Shown here: one piece after another, positions 45,806 to 55,400 of the stretch
Layout: each line of letters opens with the position of its first letter
How positions within the stretch are numbered: position 1 is the stretch's first letter
Source: an uncultured archaeon
Lineage (GTDB): Archaea > Iainarchaeota > Iainarchaeia > Iainarchaeales > VGJJ01
Assembly: GCA_964427715.1 (NCBI GenBank)
Contig: CAYRUV010000001.1
Span: forward strand, 34,552-98,551
Reading direction: 5' to 3'
Length of the DNA stretch: 64,000 bases
Position numbers and translations under genes: made by a program
The notes under the pieces: generated by a model
Seen by the model: only the letters and a program-made list of their open reading frames with translations
What the model was told of the DNA's origin: nothing
Databases searched by the model: none

Positions 45806-46789
45806 ATGGCAAAAGAAAAAGAAACCAAAATGGACGCGAAGTCCAAGAAGTCCGGGAAGGACGAGAAACTATTCTGGGTTGACTCCAAAGGAAAGCGAGT
45901 CGACGGACGCGGGATTAATGATTTGCGCGCCATTAAGATTCAGGCCGGAGTATTGCCCAACGCAGACGGTTCCTGCTACTTAGAGTGGGGTCAGAACAAA
46001 GTTTTGGTGGCCGTGAATGGTCCCCGCGAAGTTCTGCCTAAGCACCAGGCGAATCCGTATCGCGCGATTGTACGTTACACGTATCGTATGGCCGCATTCT
46101 CCGTAACCGAGCGAAAGAATCCTCGCCCCGGTCGAAGAGAAACCGAAATTTCGAAAGTTTCGGGTGAGGCCTTGGAGCGCGCCATTTTCTTGGAGCGTTT
46201 TCCCAATACAGCCATCGATATCTTCGTGGAAGTCTTAGATTCCAACGCGGGAACGCGTATCGCCTGCCTAACCGCGGCGGCGGTGGCCGTGGCGGATGCG
46301 GGTATTCCCATGCGCGACCTAGTAACCGGTATCACGGTCGGTCGTGCGGATTCGCACCAGATTGTGGACTTGAATAAGCACGAGGAGGATGCAGAGGATG
46401 CCGTCGACATGGCGGTGGCCTTCCTTCCTAATTCCAAGGAAGTGGTCTTGCTCCAGATGGATGGGGAGATCACCCCCGAGGAGTATTCGAGTCTCATGAA
46501 GGTCGCCATGGATAACGTGGAGAAGGTCTACGAGCTCCAGAAGAAGGCCTTGAAGGATTCCGTGGAGAACAAGAAACCAGAAGTCGTGGAGGGGATGGAA
46601 CAATATCTCAGCGCGGCTCCTATGGACCATCACTCGGATGATCATCACGACCACGATCATGCTCACAAGGGAGAAAAGGTCTCCATGAAGGCCAAGGATC
46701 CGTTCTCGTTTGGAGAGACGGACTACACGGAAGTCGAAGAAGAGAACACCGATGCCGAACACGAAGCGTTCGACGCGGGAAAGGAGTAG
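45806..46789 (+). CDS. rrp41: Exosome subunit Rrp41 with an acidic/His-rich tail
   Basis: RVDGR, ADGSC, RRETEISKV, AGTR, DLNKHEED. Confidence 0.95.
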   Translation: MAKEKETKMDAKSKKSGKDEKLFWVDSKGKRVDGRGINDLRAIKIQAGVLPNADGSCYLEWGQNKVLVAVNGPREVLPKHQANPYRAIVRYTYRMAAFSVTERKNPRPGRRETEISKVSGEALERAIFLERFPNTAIDIFVEVLDSNAGTRIACLTAAAVAVADAGIPMRDLVTGITVGRADSHQIVDLNKHEEDAEDAVDMAVAFLPNSKEVVLLQMDGEITPEEYSSLMKVAMDNVEKVYELQKKALKDSVENKKPEVVEGMEQYLSAAPMDHHSDDHHDHDHAHKGEKVSMKAKDPFSFGETDYTEVEEENTDAEHEAFDAGKE

Positions 46790-46801
46790 GGGGTACCAAA
46801 A

Positions 46802-47596
46802 ATGACACAATTAGATATTCTAACCGAATTGCAGCGAAATAAAGTTTTAGAGTCTCTCGCGAAAGGAAAGCGAGTCTCGGGTCGAGGATTTGATGAGTAC
46901 CGCAAGGTTGAAGTCTTAACCGACGTGAGCGAGAACGCAAACGGAAGTGCGCGCATCCGTTTAGGTAAAACAGACGTGATTGCGGGAATCAAGTTTGCCA
47001 TTGGGGAACCGTATCCCGATTCCCCCGACGATGGAAGCATTTCCGTGGGTGCGGAATTGACTCCGTTAGCCTCTCCCCTGAATGAAGTCGGTCCTCCCTC
47101 CCCGCACGAGGTTGAATTGTCTCGGGTCGTGGATCGAGGTATTCGAGAGAGTCACTGCGTGGACTTGTCCTCGTTGTGTCTCGTTCCCGGAGAGAAGGTT
47201 CTTTCCTTGTTCATCGACATTTACGCGCTGAACGATGATGGAAATCTCCTGGATGCCTCTTCGATGGCTGCGTTGGTGGCACTCAACCACACGCGCATGC
47301 CGAAGGTCGAGGATGGGAAGATCATCTATGGAGAATATGATGGGAAGATGCTCGAGCTGGCAAATCAGCCCTTGCTCATCACCACCATCAAGGCCTCCAA
47401 TACCCTCCTGTCGGATGTGGATTTAGGAGAAGAGAAGGCGCAGTTTGCCCGCTTTTCCTTCGGTAGCACCGAGAAGGGGATCATCACGGCCTTCCAGAAG
47501 GCGGGTTCGGGTTCCTTTTCGGCGGCGGAATTGGAAACGTCCATCGAGACAGGTTTGAAGAACGCCAAGGCCCTCCGGAAGACCCTCAAGGTCTAA
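46802..47596 (+). CDS. rrp42: Exosome subunit Rrp42
   Basis: GKRVSGR, GSARIRLG, ELSRVVDRGIRES, DDGNLLD. Confidence 0.95.
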   Translation: MTQLDILTELQRNKVLESLAKGKRVSGRGFDEYRKVEVLTDVSENANGSARIRLGKTDVIAGIKFAIGEPYPDSPDDGSISVGAELTPLASPLNEVGPPSPHEVELSRVVDRGIRESHCVDLSSLCLVPGEKVLSLFIDIYALNDDGNLLDASSMAALVALNHTRMPKVEDGKIIYGEYDGKMLELANQPLLITTIKASNTLLSDVDLGEEKAQFARFSFGSTEKGIITAFQKAGSGSFSAAELETSIETGLKNAKALRKTLKV

Positions 47597-47743
47597 GGGT
47601 TTTTGTTGGATGGGTGCTAGGGGGCCGTATTCGGCCTCCTTTGCCCTATTCCTCCTACTCTCAACAGATTGCCGGGGAGTGGCGAGGTTTAAAAGGATTT
47701 GTCGGCGGTCTTTGAGTATACCCACGCAGAAGGGATTATTTTT

Positions 47744-48196
47744 ATGGCTGAATCCAAGAAAAAGAAAACCCGACACACGGCTCGATTCGGAGCCCGATAC
47801 GGTGTTTCAGTAAAGAAGCGATACGAGACCTTTGAAGCCAAGCAGCGCGTCAAGCATGTTTGCCCGAAGTGCGGTTTTGCTAAAGTGCAGCGCATCTCCA
47901 CGGGTATCTTCAAGTGCGCCAAGTGTCACTTGACGTATGCGGGTGGAGCATTCTATCCTCAAACCCTCACAGGGGGCATCATCGCCAAGATGGTCGCTCA
48001 GCGCGCATTCAACACGCAGTTGTTGGAGCAGATCGAGGAAACCCCTGCGGCGATTCGCGAAGACGTTCTCCCGACCGAACTCTCGGATGAGGAGAAGATT
48101 GAACAGTTGACGCAAGAAAAGCCCGCGCACGAGAAGAAGCGAAAGTCCAAGAAAATGGACACGTCTTCGGATGAACCCGTGAGCGAGAGCGCGTGA
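47744..48196 (+). CDS. rpl37ae: 50S ribosomal protein eL43 (L37ae) with an acidic C-terminal extension
   Basis: RFGARYG, CPKC, CAKC, AGGAFYP. Confidence 0.93.
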   Translation: MAESKKKKTRHTARFGARYGVSVKKRYETFEAKQRVKHVCPKCGFAKVQRISTGIFKCAKCHLTYAGGAFYPQTLTGGIIAKMVAQRAFNTQLLEQIEETPAAIREDVLPTELSDEEKIEQLTQEKPAHEKKRKSKKMDTSSDEPVSESA

Positions 48197-48212
48197 CGGG
48201 AGCGGGTTAATC

Positions 48213-48344
48213 ATGTACAAGTGCAACAAGTGCCTCCAAGAATTTGACGCTTTACCTGTAGGGTTGGTTCGCTGCCCGAATTGCGGAAACAAAATCTTCT
48301 ACAAGACGCGCGCGCCGGTTGAGAAGCGAATGCTGGCTCGCTAA
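48213..48344 (+). CDS. rpoP: RNA polymerase subunit P (Rpo12); missing from the ORF track
   Basis: My translation: MYKCNKCLQEFDALPVGLVRCPNCGNKIFYKTRAPVEKRMLAR. Confidence 0.93.
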   Translation: MYKCNKCLQEFDALPVGLVRCPNCGNKIFYKTRAPVEKRMLAR

Positions 48345-48361
48345 TTTCCGGGTTTTCCCGT

Positions 48362-48601
48362 ATGGTCTCGAAAACCTATTCGTTTGCATTTCCTTCCGTC
48401 TCTTCAGCCAAGGCCGCTCAGGCCGCCTTATCGCTTGAAACAGGTCAATCGTATGAAAAAAGGGCTCAGACCCAAGTTCAGGTTAAAAACAATCGCCTGG
48501 TGTTCGTTAGTATAGGGCAGGATATGGCCAGTCTTCGGGCGTCCATTTCCGGCTACACGAAACTCGCTGAGTTTTTGAAAAAATTAGAAAACGGAGCATG
48601 A
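48362..48601 (+). CDS. pcc1: KEOPS subunit Pcc1-like
   Basis: D.ASLRASI motif; size and synteny. Confidence 0.75.
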   Translation: MVSKTYSFAFPSVSSAKAAQAALSLETGQSYEKRAQTQVQVKNNRLVFVSIGQDMASLRASISGYTKLAEFLKKLENGA

Positions 48602-48978
48602 ATCCTATGGTCGAAATCCGAGAAAAAATCATGGAGTTTGAGAAGCAGCGTCAGATGCTCATGAACATCACCATGCAGAAGCAGCAGCTGGAAGCCAGCG
48701 TGAATGCATTGGGAAAGTCGTTGGAAGAATTGGCGAAGACCGACGAGGGTAAAGTCTACAAGGCCGCCGGGGCCATTATGGTTTTGCGCGACGCCAAAGA
48801 AGTCAAGAAGGAGTTGGAGGACATGAAGGAAAGCCAGTCTCTCCGAGCCAAGACCTTGGATAAGCAGGAAAAGACCCTCGTGGATAAGCTTAATGCATTG
48901 CGCGTGGAGATTGAGGCGGCCGCGGCGCCCCAAACCTTGAGTCAGGGCAATACGGTTATATCCCCCAAGAAGAATTGA
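48598..48978 (+). CDS. pfdB: Prefoldin beta subunit
   Basis: Coiled coil flanking VYKAAGAIMV. Confidence 0.92.
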   Translation: MNPMVEIREKIMEFEKQRQMLMNITMQKQQLEASVNALGKSLEELAKTDEGKVYKAAGAIMVLRDAKEVKKELEDMKESQSLRAKTLDKQEKTLVDKLNALRVEIEAAAAPQTLSQGNTVISPKKN

Positions 48979-48984
48979 AGTGGA

Positions 48985-50010
48985 ATGGAACGCCCTTCCA
49001 TTCCCAATCTTCCTCTTTTTCATTCCTTGGTGAAAGGAAAGAGGGTCCTTTTTCTCTCGCATGTTCGACCGGACATGGACACGCTGTGTTCGGCCATGGC
49101 ATTAACGCATTTCTTTTCGCGCGAGTGCAAGCCCACGTTTGGATTGGTTGAATCACTGTCGGATTTTCAGCTCGAACAGGTTCGTTTTTTCCCTATTCCC
49201 CCCAAACTTATTTCCTCCTTGAGTGATTTTGATGTCGTGGTGTGTGTGGATTTTCGTTCGCCTTCCCAAGCGGGTCCCTTGTCTCACTCTTTACAATCCT
49301 ACAAGGGTCACTTGGTGATTCTGGATCATCATCACCCGTCTCCGGATGAGTTCAAACAAATTTCCTTGTCCCTCATCAAGCCTCATTCCGTGTCCACCAC
49401 TCAATTAGTAGCGGAAATGGGTCGAGAAATGGTGGGGGATTTCACGAAACCCATTGCGACCGCTCTGGCGATGGGGATTGTCACGGATTCGGCTCGTTTC
49501 ATGGTGGCGAATCCTCAAACCTTTTCCTTGTTTGATTTTCTCCTCCACAAAAGTGGGAAGCCCTATGAGGAAATACTCTCGCGTGCAGTTCCTGTGTCTC
49601 CCATTCATGAACGAGTGGGTGTTTTTCATTCGTTGAAGAATATCAAGTTGGTTTCGGCCGGGGAATTTCTCTTCGCATCCATTTCCTCTCCCCACCCTAC
49701 GGGAAAGATTGCAAGTTCATTGATTCAAATGGGTGCGGATGTGGGATTGTGTTTCTCCCACTCTTCAGAAGGAGTGTTTGCGTCCATTCGTGTTTCGGGT
49801 CGTGCCCATTCGGAGTTAGGGTATGATGCGATGCACCTCATTACCCCCTTCGCCCAGCAGCATGGCGGGGTGGGTGGGGGTCATGCGCGTGCAGCCCAGA
49901 TTAATTTGCCTCCCTATTTTTCGGAGCAGATGCTCTCGGATTATTTTTCTCGTGAGTTATTCATGCGGGTGAAAAAGAATCATCCTAAAACAAATTTGAA
50001 AATACACTAA
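48985..50010 (+). CDS. DHH/DHHA1 phosphoesterase
   Basis: H.RPDMD, VD, LDHH, GIVTDS, GGGHARAA. Confidence 0.88.
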   Translation: MERPSIPNLPLFHSLVKGKRVLFLSHVRPDMDTLCSAMALTHFFSRECKPTFGLVESLSDFQLEQVRFFPIPPKLISSLSDFDVVVCVDFRSPSQAGPLSHSLQSYKGHLVILDHHHPSPDEFKQISLSLIKPHSVSTTQLVAEMGREMVGDFTKPIATALAMGIVTDSARFMVANPQTFSLFDFLLHKSGKPYEEILSRAVPVSPIHERVGVFHSLKNIKLVSAGEFLFASISSPHPTGKIASSLIQMGADVGLCFSHSSEGVFASIRVSGRAHSELGYDAMHLITPFAQQHGGVGGGHARAAQINLPPYFSEQMLSDYFSRELFMRVKKNHPKTNLKIH

Positions 50011-50026
50011 TTGGTTTAGGTGGGTA

Positions 50027-50437
50027 TCATTGTACGTAAATGACATGCTTTCCTTTCTTGACTTTGGTTCGCTTGGCTTTTTTGAGCAAATAATGAATGG
50101 TACTTTTAGCCACTCCGGTTCGTTTGGTAATCTCGCGCATGCTCAAATGGTCCTTGCGGAGTTCGGCAATCTTTTTGATGGTCTCCAAGTCCATATGCAG
50201 GGCTCTTCCGGCGCGATGCGCGCGCACGACCGGTATTCCTTTTTTCTTGAGCAATTGGGTGGCGTCCGGGGCGAGTCTTTTTTCCACGGAAACAGAGGCC
50301 CCGATTTCTTGGATCGAGGAGCAGCGGGTCAAAATGGCTTTGAGTTTCTTGGTCGAAATAGGTCGGACCAAATGGACCCTCTCGATGTCAACCGGAATGG
50401 TTGAGACGGGGGTGTGGGCGCGGATGGCGTATAGCAT
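50027..50437 (-). CDS. DUF1699-like protein with a C-terminal HTH
   Basis: VHLVRP, S..KRL, GR, then SMREITKRTGVAKSTIHY. Confidence 0.65.
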   Translation of the reverse strand: MLYAIRAHTPVSTIPVDIERVHLVRPISTKKLKAILTRCSSIQEIGASVSVEKRLAPDATQLLKKKGIPVVRAHRAGRALHMDLETIKKIAELRKDHLSMREITKRTGVAKSTIHYLLKKAKRTKVKKGKHVIYVQ

Positions 50438-50543
50438 GCGTATTCAACTCTTTCATTTTCTCGCGTAAAGTATCTTTATATATCTGGCTCCGCCTTCCTT
50501 GGGTTAACCACCCTATAGTGGATTACCGATAGGAGAATGATAT

Positions 50544-51794
50544 ATGATGATGGATCGAAAACTAATAATGATTCTATCCCTCTTCACGCTCTTCCTGTTC
50601 GTGGGCACTTTTGCTCTGGCCGAAACGGGCTCTGGAACCAACGCTGGATCTGGAGACTCGCCGGACGCCATGGAAGCGAAAGCCATGATGGACAAGGAAA
50701 AGGCGAAGAAGGTTGAATCGGGGGTCATGAAGCTAGATCTCCGTACCCGAATGGGAGATGAGGAACGGAGCGAATTGCGCGTACGTTTCGTCAATTCCAA
50801 TGTGTCGGATGACGATTTGCGCCGATTGCAGATCGCCCGAATCGATGCCTCCGATCTCGAACGATTGGATGCGGCCGGTCGAACGCGATTGCTCTCCGAG
50901 CTGCGCGTCCGAATCAAGGATGATGAAGTAAACCGCTTCCGCGCGGTTGAAGTGCGCATCAAAGAGCGCGATACGCGAGTGGAAGCCATCCGCGACGCGC
51001 GCAGTATTGCAAACGCCCGATTGAGTGCGATTGCGCGATTGAAATTACTTGAGTCCGAGTTGGACGGGGAAGCCTTGACGCGAGTCGCGGCCATCCGAGC
51101 CAAGCTTGAAGCCTCTTCTTCCACCACGGTCGCCACGACTGATGCGGCGAAGATTGACAATGAGATTCGTATTCGACACCGCGAAAATGCGGTAGCGCGA
51201 GGCGAATCAGCGGTTGCGAAGGCTGAGTCGATTCTTGAAAAGCTCCAATCTTTCACGGATCGAATCGAAGCTAAACTTGCCGAATCCGATGCCCCTCGTC
51301 CTCGCATAGAGAACGTGGTGGATCGCCTGAATACGATTGAGGCTGATCTCATCGAGCACATTGCCTCCACCAAGGCTGCCTGGTCGGTGGCTCAAGAGGA
51401 CGACGCCACGCGAGCTGAGATTCAAGCCCTCCACGAGGAATTGGTTCACTTGCGTTTGCACGCAAAGCAGGCCGTTTCGGCCATGCACGCGCTCATTCGC
51501 GCCGTGAAGGATCGCCCCGAGGGGAGCGATGATATTCGCGCGGTGGACGAAACCTCCATTATCGCCGATACTGAAATTTCAGAGGCGGCGATGGATGCTG
51601 AAGTCATGGCAACCGTGGAAGAAACCACTCCTTCGGATGATTCTGTAATGGAATCTGATGATAGTGGGATGGATTCTGCTTCGGACATGGATGATTCCGA
51701 CGAGGACATTGGGTCTGAGACGGATGATTCTGGGATGGATTCCGACTCCGATATGGATGATTCGGACGAAGACAACGGAGGGGATGACGAATGA
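50544..51794 (+). CDS. Secreted helical protein with an Asp-rich repeat tail
   Basis: Signal peptide; R/E/A-rich helices; DDSGMDS repeats. Confidence 0.82.
   Translation: MMMDRKLIMILSLFTLFLFVGTFALAETGSGTNAGSGDSPDAMEAKAMMDKEKAKKVESGVMKLDLRTRMGDEERSELRVRFVNSNVSDDDLRRLQIARIDASDLERLDAAGRTRLLSELRVRIKDDEVNRFRAVEVRIKERDTRVEAIRDARSIANARLSAIARLKLLESELDGEALTRVAAIRAKLEASSSTTVATTDAAKIDNEIRIRHRENAVARGESAVAKAESILEKLQSFTDRIEAKLAESDAPRPRIENVVDRLNTIEADLIEHIASTKAAWSVAQEDDATRAEIQALHEELVHLRLHAKQAVSAMHALIRAVKDRPEGSDDIRAVDETSIIADTEISEAAMDAEVMATVEETTPSDDSVMESDDSGMDSASDMDDSDEDIGSETDDSGMDSDSDMDDSDEDNGGDDE
51657..51773 (+). repeat. Imperfect 51-bp tandem repeat (period 66) encoding DDSGMDSxSDMDDSDED
   Basis: Copies at 51657-51707 and 51723-51773 with synonymous differences. 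Confidence 0.8.
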
Positions 51795-52054
51795 AATCAA
51801 CACGCGTAACGGCATTGTTGGTCTTAGCTCTCCTTTCGGTGTTTTTGGTGGCGGGCTGCGTGAATAACGCGTCGGCCCCTACGACGCCCACCACGCCCAC
51901 TGTTCCCACGACTCCGGTCGTGACGGATCCTGTGGACGAGTTGACGAGTGCGGATGACTTAACGGGTATTTCCCCCACGGAATTGGATGATTTGCAGACC
52001 GATTTCGATGAGTTGGATGCCGAAGTCTCAGGTGTCTCCGAAACGGACATTTAG
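51791..52054 (+). CDS. Small acidic lipoprotein
   Basis: Lipobox LVAGC, PTT repeats, acidic helix; ATGA overlap with the upstream gene. Confidence 0.82.
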   Translation: MKSTRVTALLVLALLSVFLVAGCVNNASAPTTPTTPTVPTTPVVTDPVDELTSADDLTGISPTELDDLQTDFDELDAEVSGVSETDI

Positions 52055-52057
52055 GTG

Positions 52058-52100
52058 AAGGTAGGGGGTTTCATCCCCCTCCTTTTCTCATTTTCTTTTC
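52058..52100 (+). terminator. Hairpin plus U tract
   Basis: AAGG-T-AGGGGG..CCCCCT-CCTT followed by TTCTCATTTTCTTTT. Confidence 0.65.
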
Positions 52101-52169
52101 ATTCAATCCCCTATTTTTTGGCATGCCAAAATCAATACCTATATATTCTCTCAATTTTTGCCCGTATTC

Positions 52170-52523
52170 ATGGCCTCTGCTCGTCTCATCGATTACTATT
52201 CAGGCATGCCCAAAGAAACCGTCTCCATTTCAGTGGAGTCTCCCCATACCGAGTGGGAGTCGCGCGTCCTGCGGGTCGTTCATTCTCGCTGGCCCACGTC
52301 TTCTCTGGAAATCGCCGAGTTTCTAGGTCATTCCATTGCGACACGGGAGGAGAAGCGCTTGCTTTCTTCGCGCATCGTGTATCACATCAAGAAACTGGTT
52401 GAGCGTAAGAAGCTCATGTCGAAGCGTTTTGGAAACGCATTAGTGGTGTGGCCCTTTGAGGTTGAAACCCTGCGCGTGATGCACGAGATGATGAAACCGG
52501 TGAAGAAAGAAGGGAGTGTGTAG
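52170..52523 (+). CDS. Winged-HTH transcriptional regulator
   Basis: PTSSLEIAEFL...IVYHIKKLVE..KL.SKRFG. Confidence 0.7.
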   Translation: MASARLIDYYSGMPKETVSISVESPHTEWESRVLRVVHSRWPTSSLEIAEFLGHSIATREEKRLLSSRIVYHIKKLVERKKLMSKRFGNALVVWPFEVETLRVMHEMMKPVKKEGSV

Positions 52524-52529
52524 CCCCGC

Positions 52530-53096
52530 ATGGTGCTCAATAACTTCTTCGACAAGTTCATCTTCACGTCGCAGTTGAAGTTCAAGGATTACAATTTTTT
52601 TGTGTTAGACATTCCGTTCGTAATTGTTCCCGTGGATATGCTTCAGGGTTTTTCTGCGATGGATCTTCCCGAAATTAACAAAGCGGTGTATTACGCCTTC
52701 AAGACCTCCACCCAAAAGTCGCTCATTCCTAAGTTCAAAGCAGGGGCGACGAAGCCCAAATTCCTTGAGTTGGCGCAGGCATTCTTCACGGCTTCGGGTT
52801 GGGGTCTGATGCACAATGTGGAAATCGATGAGGTGAACCATCGTGCCATCGTGACCATTTCCCATTCTCCCATTGCGAAGGTGTTGCAGGGGAAGGTTTC
52901 TCATCCCGTAGATCATTACACGCGCGCAGTGTTAGGGGCGATTTTCTCTGAATATTTCGAGTCGCCGGTGGAAGCCGTTGAGAGTGAGTGTTTAGCCTTG
53001 CATCCCGGGGATTGTAGTTTTGTCATCAAGCCCCTGCGCGAGTTTGATTTCACCAAGGAAGAGACGCAGCGTCAGTTATCGCTGGATTCGATTTAG
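52530..53096 (+). CDS. V4R (4-vinyl reductase) domain protein
   Basis: SGWG, ESECLALHPGDCSFVI. Confidence 0.85.
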   Translation: MVLNNFFDKFIFTSQLKFKDYNFFVLDIPFVIVPVDMLQGFSAMDLPEINKAVYYAFKTSTQKSLIPKFKAGATKPKFLELAQAFFTASGWGLMHNVEIDEVNHRAIVTISHSPIAKVLQGKVSHPVDHYTRAVLGAIFSEYFESPVEAVESECLALHPGDCSFVIKPLREFDFTKEETQRQLSLDSI

Positions 53097-54197
53097 TTAT
53101 TTTTTTCTTCGCATCAGATAGTCGGCGAACTGGTCGAAATACGCAAGGTGTTCGTTGGAGAATCCGGGTTTGGCTTTGCGTAGGGCGTCTTTTCCTTTCT
53201 GGTTGTAATCTTCGGCAATTGCTTGGGCTTTGGTGACGATTCCCTTCTCGTGGAGGAGGTGCATGACGCTATTCAATTCTTTGGTGGTGGCTTTTTCATT
53301 TCCGAGGACGTGTTCGATTTTCTTCCAGTCTTCCTTGGGCAGGTTTTCTTTGGCCAATAACACGAGGAGGGTGGTTTTTCCCTTGCGCAGGTCACTTCCC
53401 AATTCTCTTCCTTTTTCTGACCCGGGAGTCACATCCAAAATATCGTCTTGGATCTGGAAGGTGGTCGCGGAGTATTTGGCATACTCATCCATGGCTTTGA
53501 GTTGGGACTCGGATGCCCCGGCGAACAATCCTCCAATGTGCAGGGCTCCGCCCAACAATACGCCTGTTTTGAGGTAGGCCATGCGCAAGTATTGGTGAGA
53601 GTCGATGTTCTTTTCTATTTCATAGTGAACATCTAGCATTTGTCCGAGGTTGACTAATCGATAGGTCTTCTCATACACTTTCAACGCTTCAATCCTTTTC
53701 TCGGCGGGAAAGTCGGCATCGAGTAGGGTTTGGGCTCCTAATGAGAATAGCATGTCGGTGGCAATCATGCTCATGCTAACTCCGAATCGTGAGGCGGTGT
53801 CGGCGAACAGGTATCCTTTGTAGGGGGGTTTTCCATATCGTTGGTTGAACCATTCGATCGTGAGGGTGTGGGCGGCCTTGACTTCTCTCCTTTCCTTATC
53901 TTCATCCATCACATCATCCAAAATCAACGAGGCATTGTGGAAGAATTCCACGCTCAGGGAGGGGAGGACAATCTTCTTGTCTTCTTTTCCTCCACAGGCT
54001 TCATACGCAAGAATGGTGCAGATTCCTCGGAGTCGCTTTCCTCCTCCAAGGATGTAGTTCTGCATGGCCGTATAATTTTCTTCGGCGACTTCGCTTTTAG
54101 CTTCGAGCAAATCCTTGCGTTTCTTCTCAAAGTATTGGGTGAGGGTGGTGTTGACTAATTCGCGTTTGCTTCCCATGAACTCCTGGAGGGATTCCAT
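53097..54197 (-). CDS. Polyprenyl diphosphate synthase
   Basis: GGKRLR, LDDVMD, GQMLD, KT, FQIQDDILD, GSDLRKGK. Confidence 0.93.
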   Translation of the reverse strand: MESLQEFMGSKRELVNTTLTQYFEKKRKDLLEAKSEVAEENYTAMQNYILGGGKRLRGICTILAYEACGGKEDKKIVLPSLSVEFFHNASLILDDVMDEDKERREVKAAHTLTIEWFNQRYGKPPYKGYLFADTASRFGVSMSMIATDMLFSLGAQTLLDADFPAEKRIEALKVYEKTYRLVNLGQMLDVHYEIEKNIDSHQYLRMAYLKTGVLLGGALHIGGLFAGASESQLKAMDEYAKYSATTFQIQDDILDVTPGSEKGRELGSDLRKGKTTLLVLLAKENLPKEDWKKIEHVLGNEKATTKELNSVMHLLHEKGIVTKAQAIAEDYNQKGKDALRKAKPGFSNEHLAYFDQFADYLMRRKK

Positions 54198-54203
54198 GTG
54201 TCT

Positions 54204-55268
54204 TCACACCTTCCGGTGGATCAAGTATTCGGCGAAAGCGCGCAGGGTATTCTTGGCTTCACTCTCAGGGAGGACTTTCTCCACGTCCTTCCATGATTTC
54301 TCAACCAATTCCTTAGCGCGTGCGCGGGCATAATCCATGCTTCCGTGTTTCTCAATAATGGCAATAGCTTCGCGAATGGTCTTTTCATCGGAGGGGTGGG
54401 AGTTGAGGATGTCGAGCAGGCGCTTCTTGTCTTTCTCGTTGGCCTTGTTGAGCGTGTGGAGTACCATGATGGTTCTCTTTCCTTCATGGATGTCTTCTCC
54501 GACTCCTTTGGATTTGGCCATTTCCTCCCCTACGAGGTTGAGGATGTCATCTTGAATCTGGAAAGCCACTCCCACGCTTTCTCCGAATTTTCCGAGCTTT
54601 TCGACTTGCTGGGGGTTTCCTTTTCCTAAAATGGCTCCCATTTTCGTGGACATGCGGGCGAGCATTCCGGTTTTGTAGGCGCACATCTGTAAGTAGGCGT
54701 CTTCGGTCACATCGTATTTTTGTCCGCGGTGCCAGAGGATGTCCATTCCCTGTCCAGCGTGCAATCGGATCATTTCTTCTGAGACGAGTTCGTGCATTTT
54801 GAGTTTCACTTCATTCGTGAGGGTCGTGTCGTGGTTCAATAGGGCGTAGGGGAGGTAATACATGAAGTTCCCCGCGTTCACGGCGATGTCGACTCCGAAT
54901 ATTTTGTAGGTGCAGGGCTTTTCTCGGCGCAATTCCGAATTGTCTTCCACATCGTCCACCATGAGGGTGCCATTGTGGATGAGTTCGAGCATGGCGGTGT
55001 ATCGCTTGATGGCCTCAGGCTTTCCTCCCACTGCCTCGCAACACAAAAGCATTAGGATGGGTCTCCATCTCTTTCCGCCTCGTCCGAGCAAGTCCCAGAT
55101 TGGTTCCACAAGTGCGCGGTGAATACTGTCCACGTCATAGGCGTAGGAGGGTTTTCCAAAGAGGGTTTCCACGGATCGTAGGGTACTTTTCTTGGGGAGG
55201 AGTCGTTCAATCTCGACGTCGACCTGGGCGCTGTGGGCCTTGAGATAGTGTTCAATATCCATGGTCAT
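54204..55268 (-). CDS. Polyprenyl diphosphate synthase, type-III-GGPPS-like
   Basis: GGKRWRP, VDDVEDNSELRR, LHAGQGMDILW, FQIQDDILN, EDIHEGK. Confidence 0.93.
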   Translation of the reverse strand: MTMDIEHYLKAHSAQVDVEIERLLPKKSTLRSVETLFGKPSYAYDVDSIHRALVEPIWDLLGRGGKRWRPILMLLCCEAVGGKPEAIKRYTAMLELIHNGTLMVDDVEDNSELRREKPCTYKIFGVDIAVNAGNFMYYLPYALLNHDTTLTNEVKLKMHELVSEEMIRLHAGQGMDILWHRGQKYDVTEDAYLQMCAYKTGMLARMSTKMGAILGKGNPQQVEKLGKFGESVGVAFQIQDDILNLVGEEMAKSKGVGEDIHEGKRTIMVLHTLNKANEKDKKRLLDILNSHPSDEKTIREAIAIIEKHGSMDYARARAKELVEKSWKDVEKVLPESEAKNTLRAFAEYLIHRKV

Positions 55269-55400
55269 GCATCCAACCCCTTCATTTGGCTAATACTGCA
55301 GGATTTTGGGTTCGAGGGCAATATAAACATAGCGAATGCCACTTCGTCAATCGTCATTTAGGGGGTTTAGGTTTAAGAGCCCAAAAAACGATTTCCCAGG

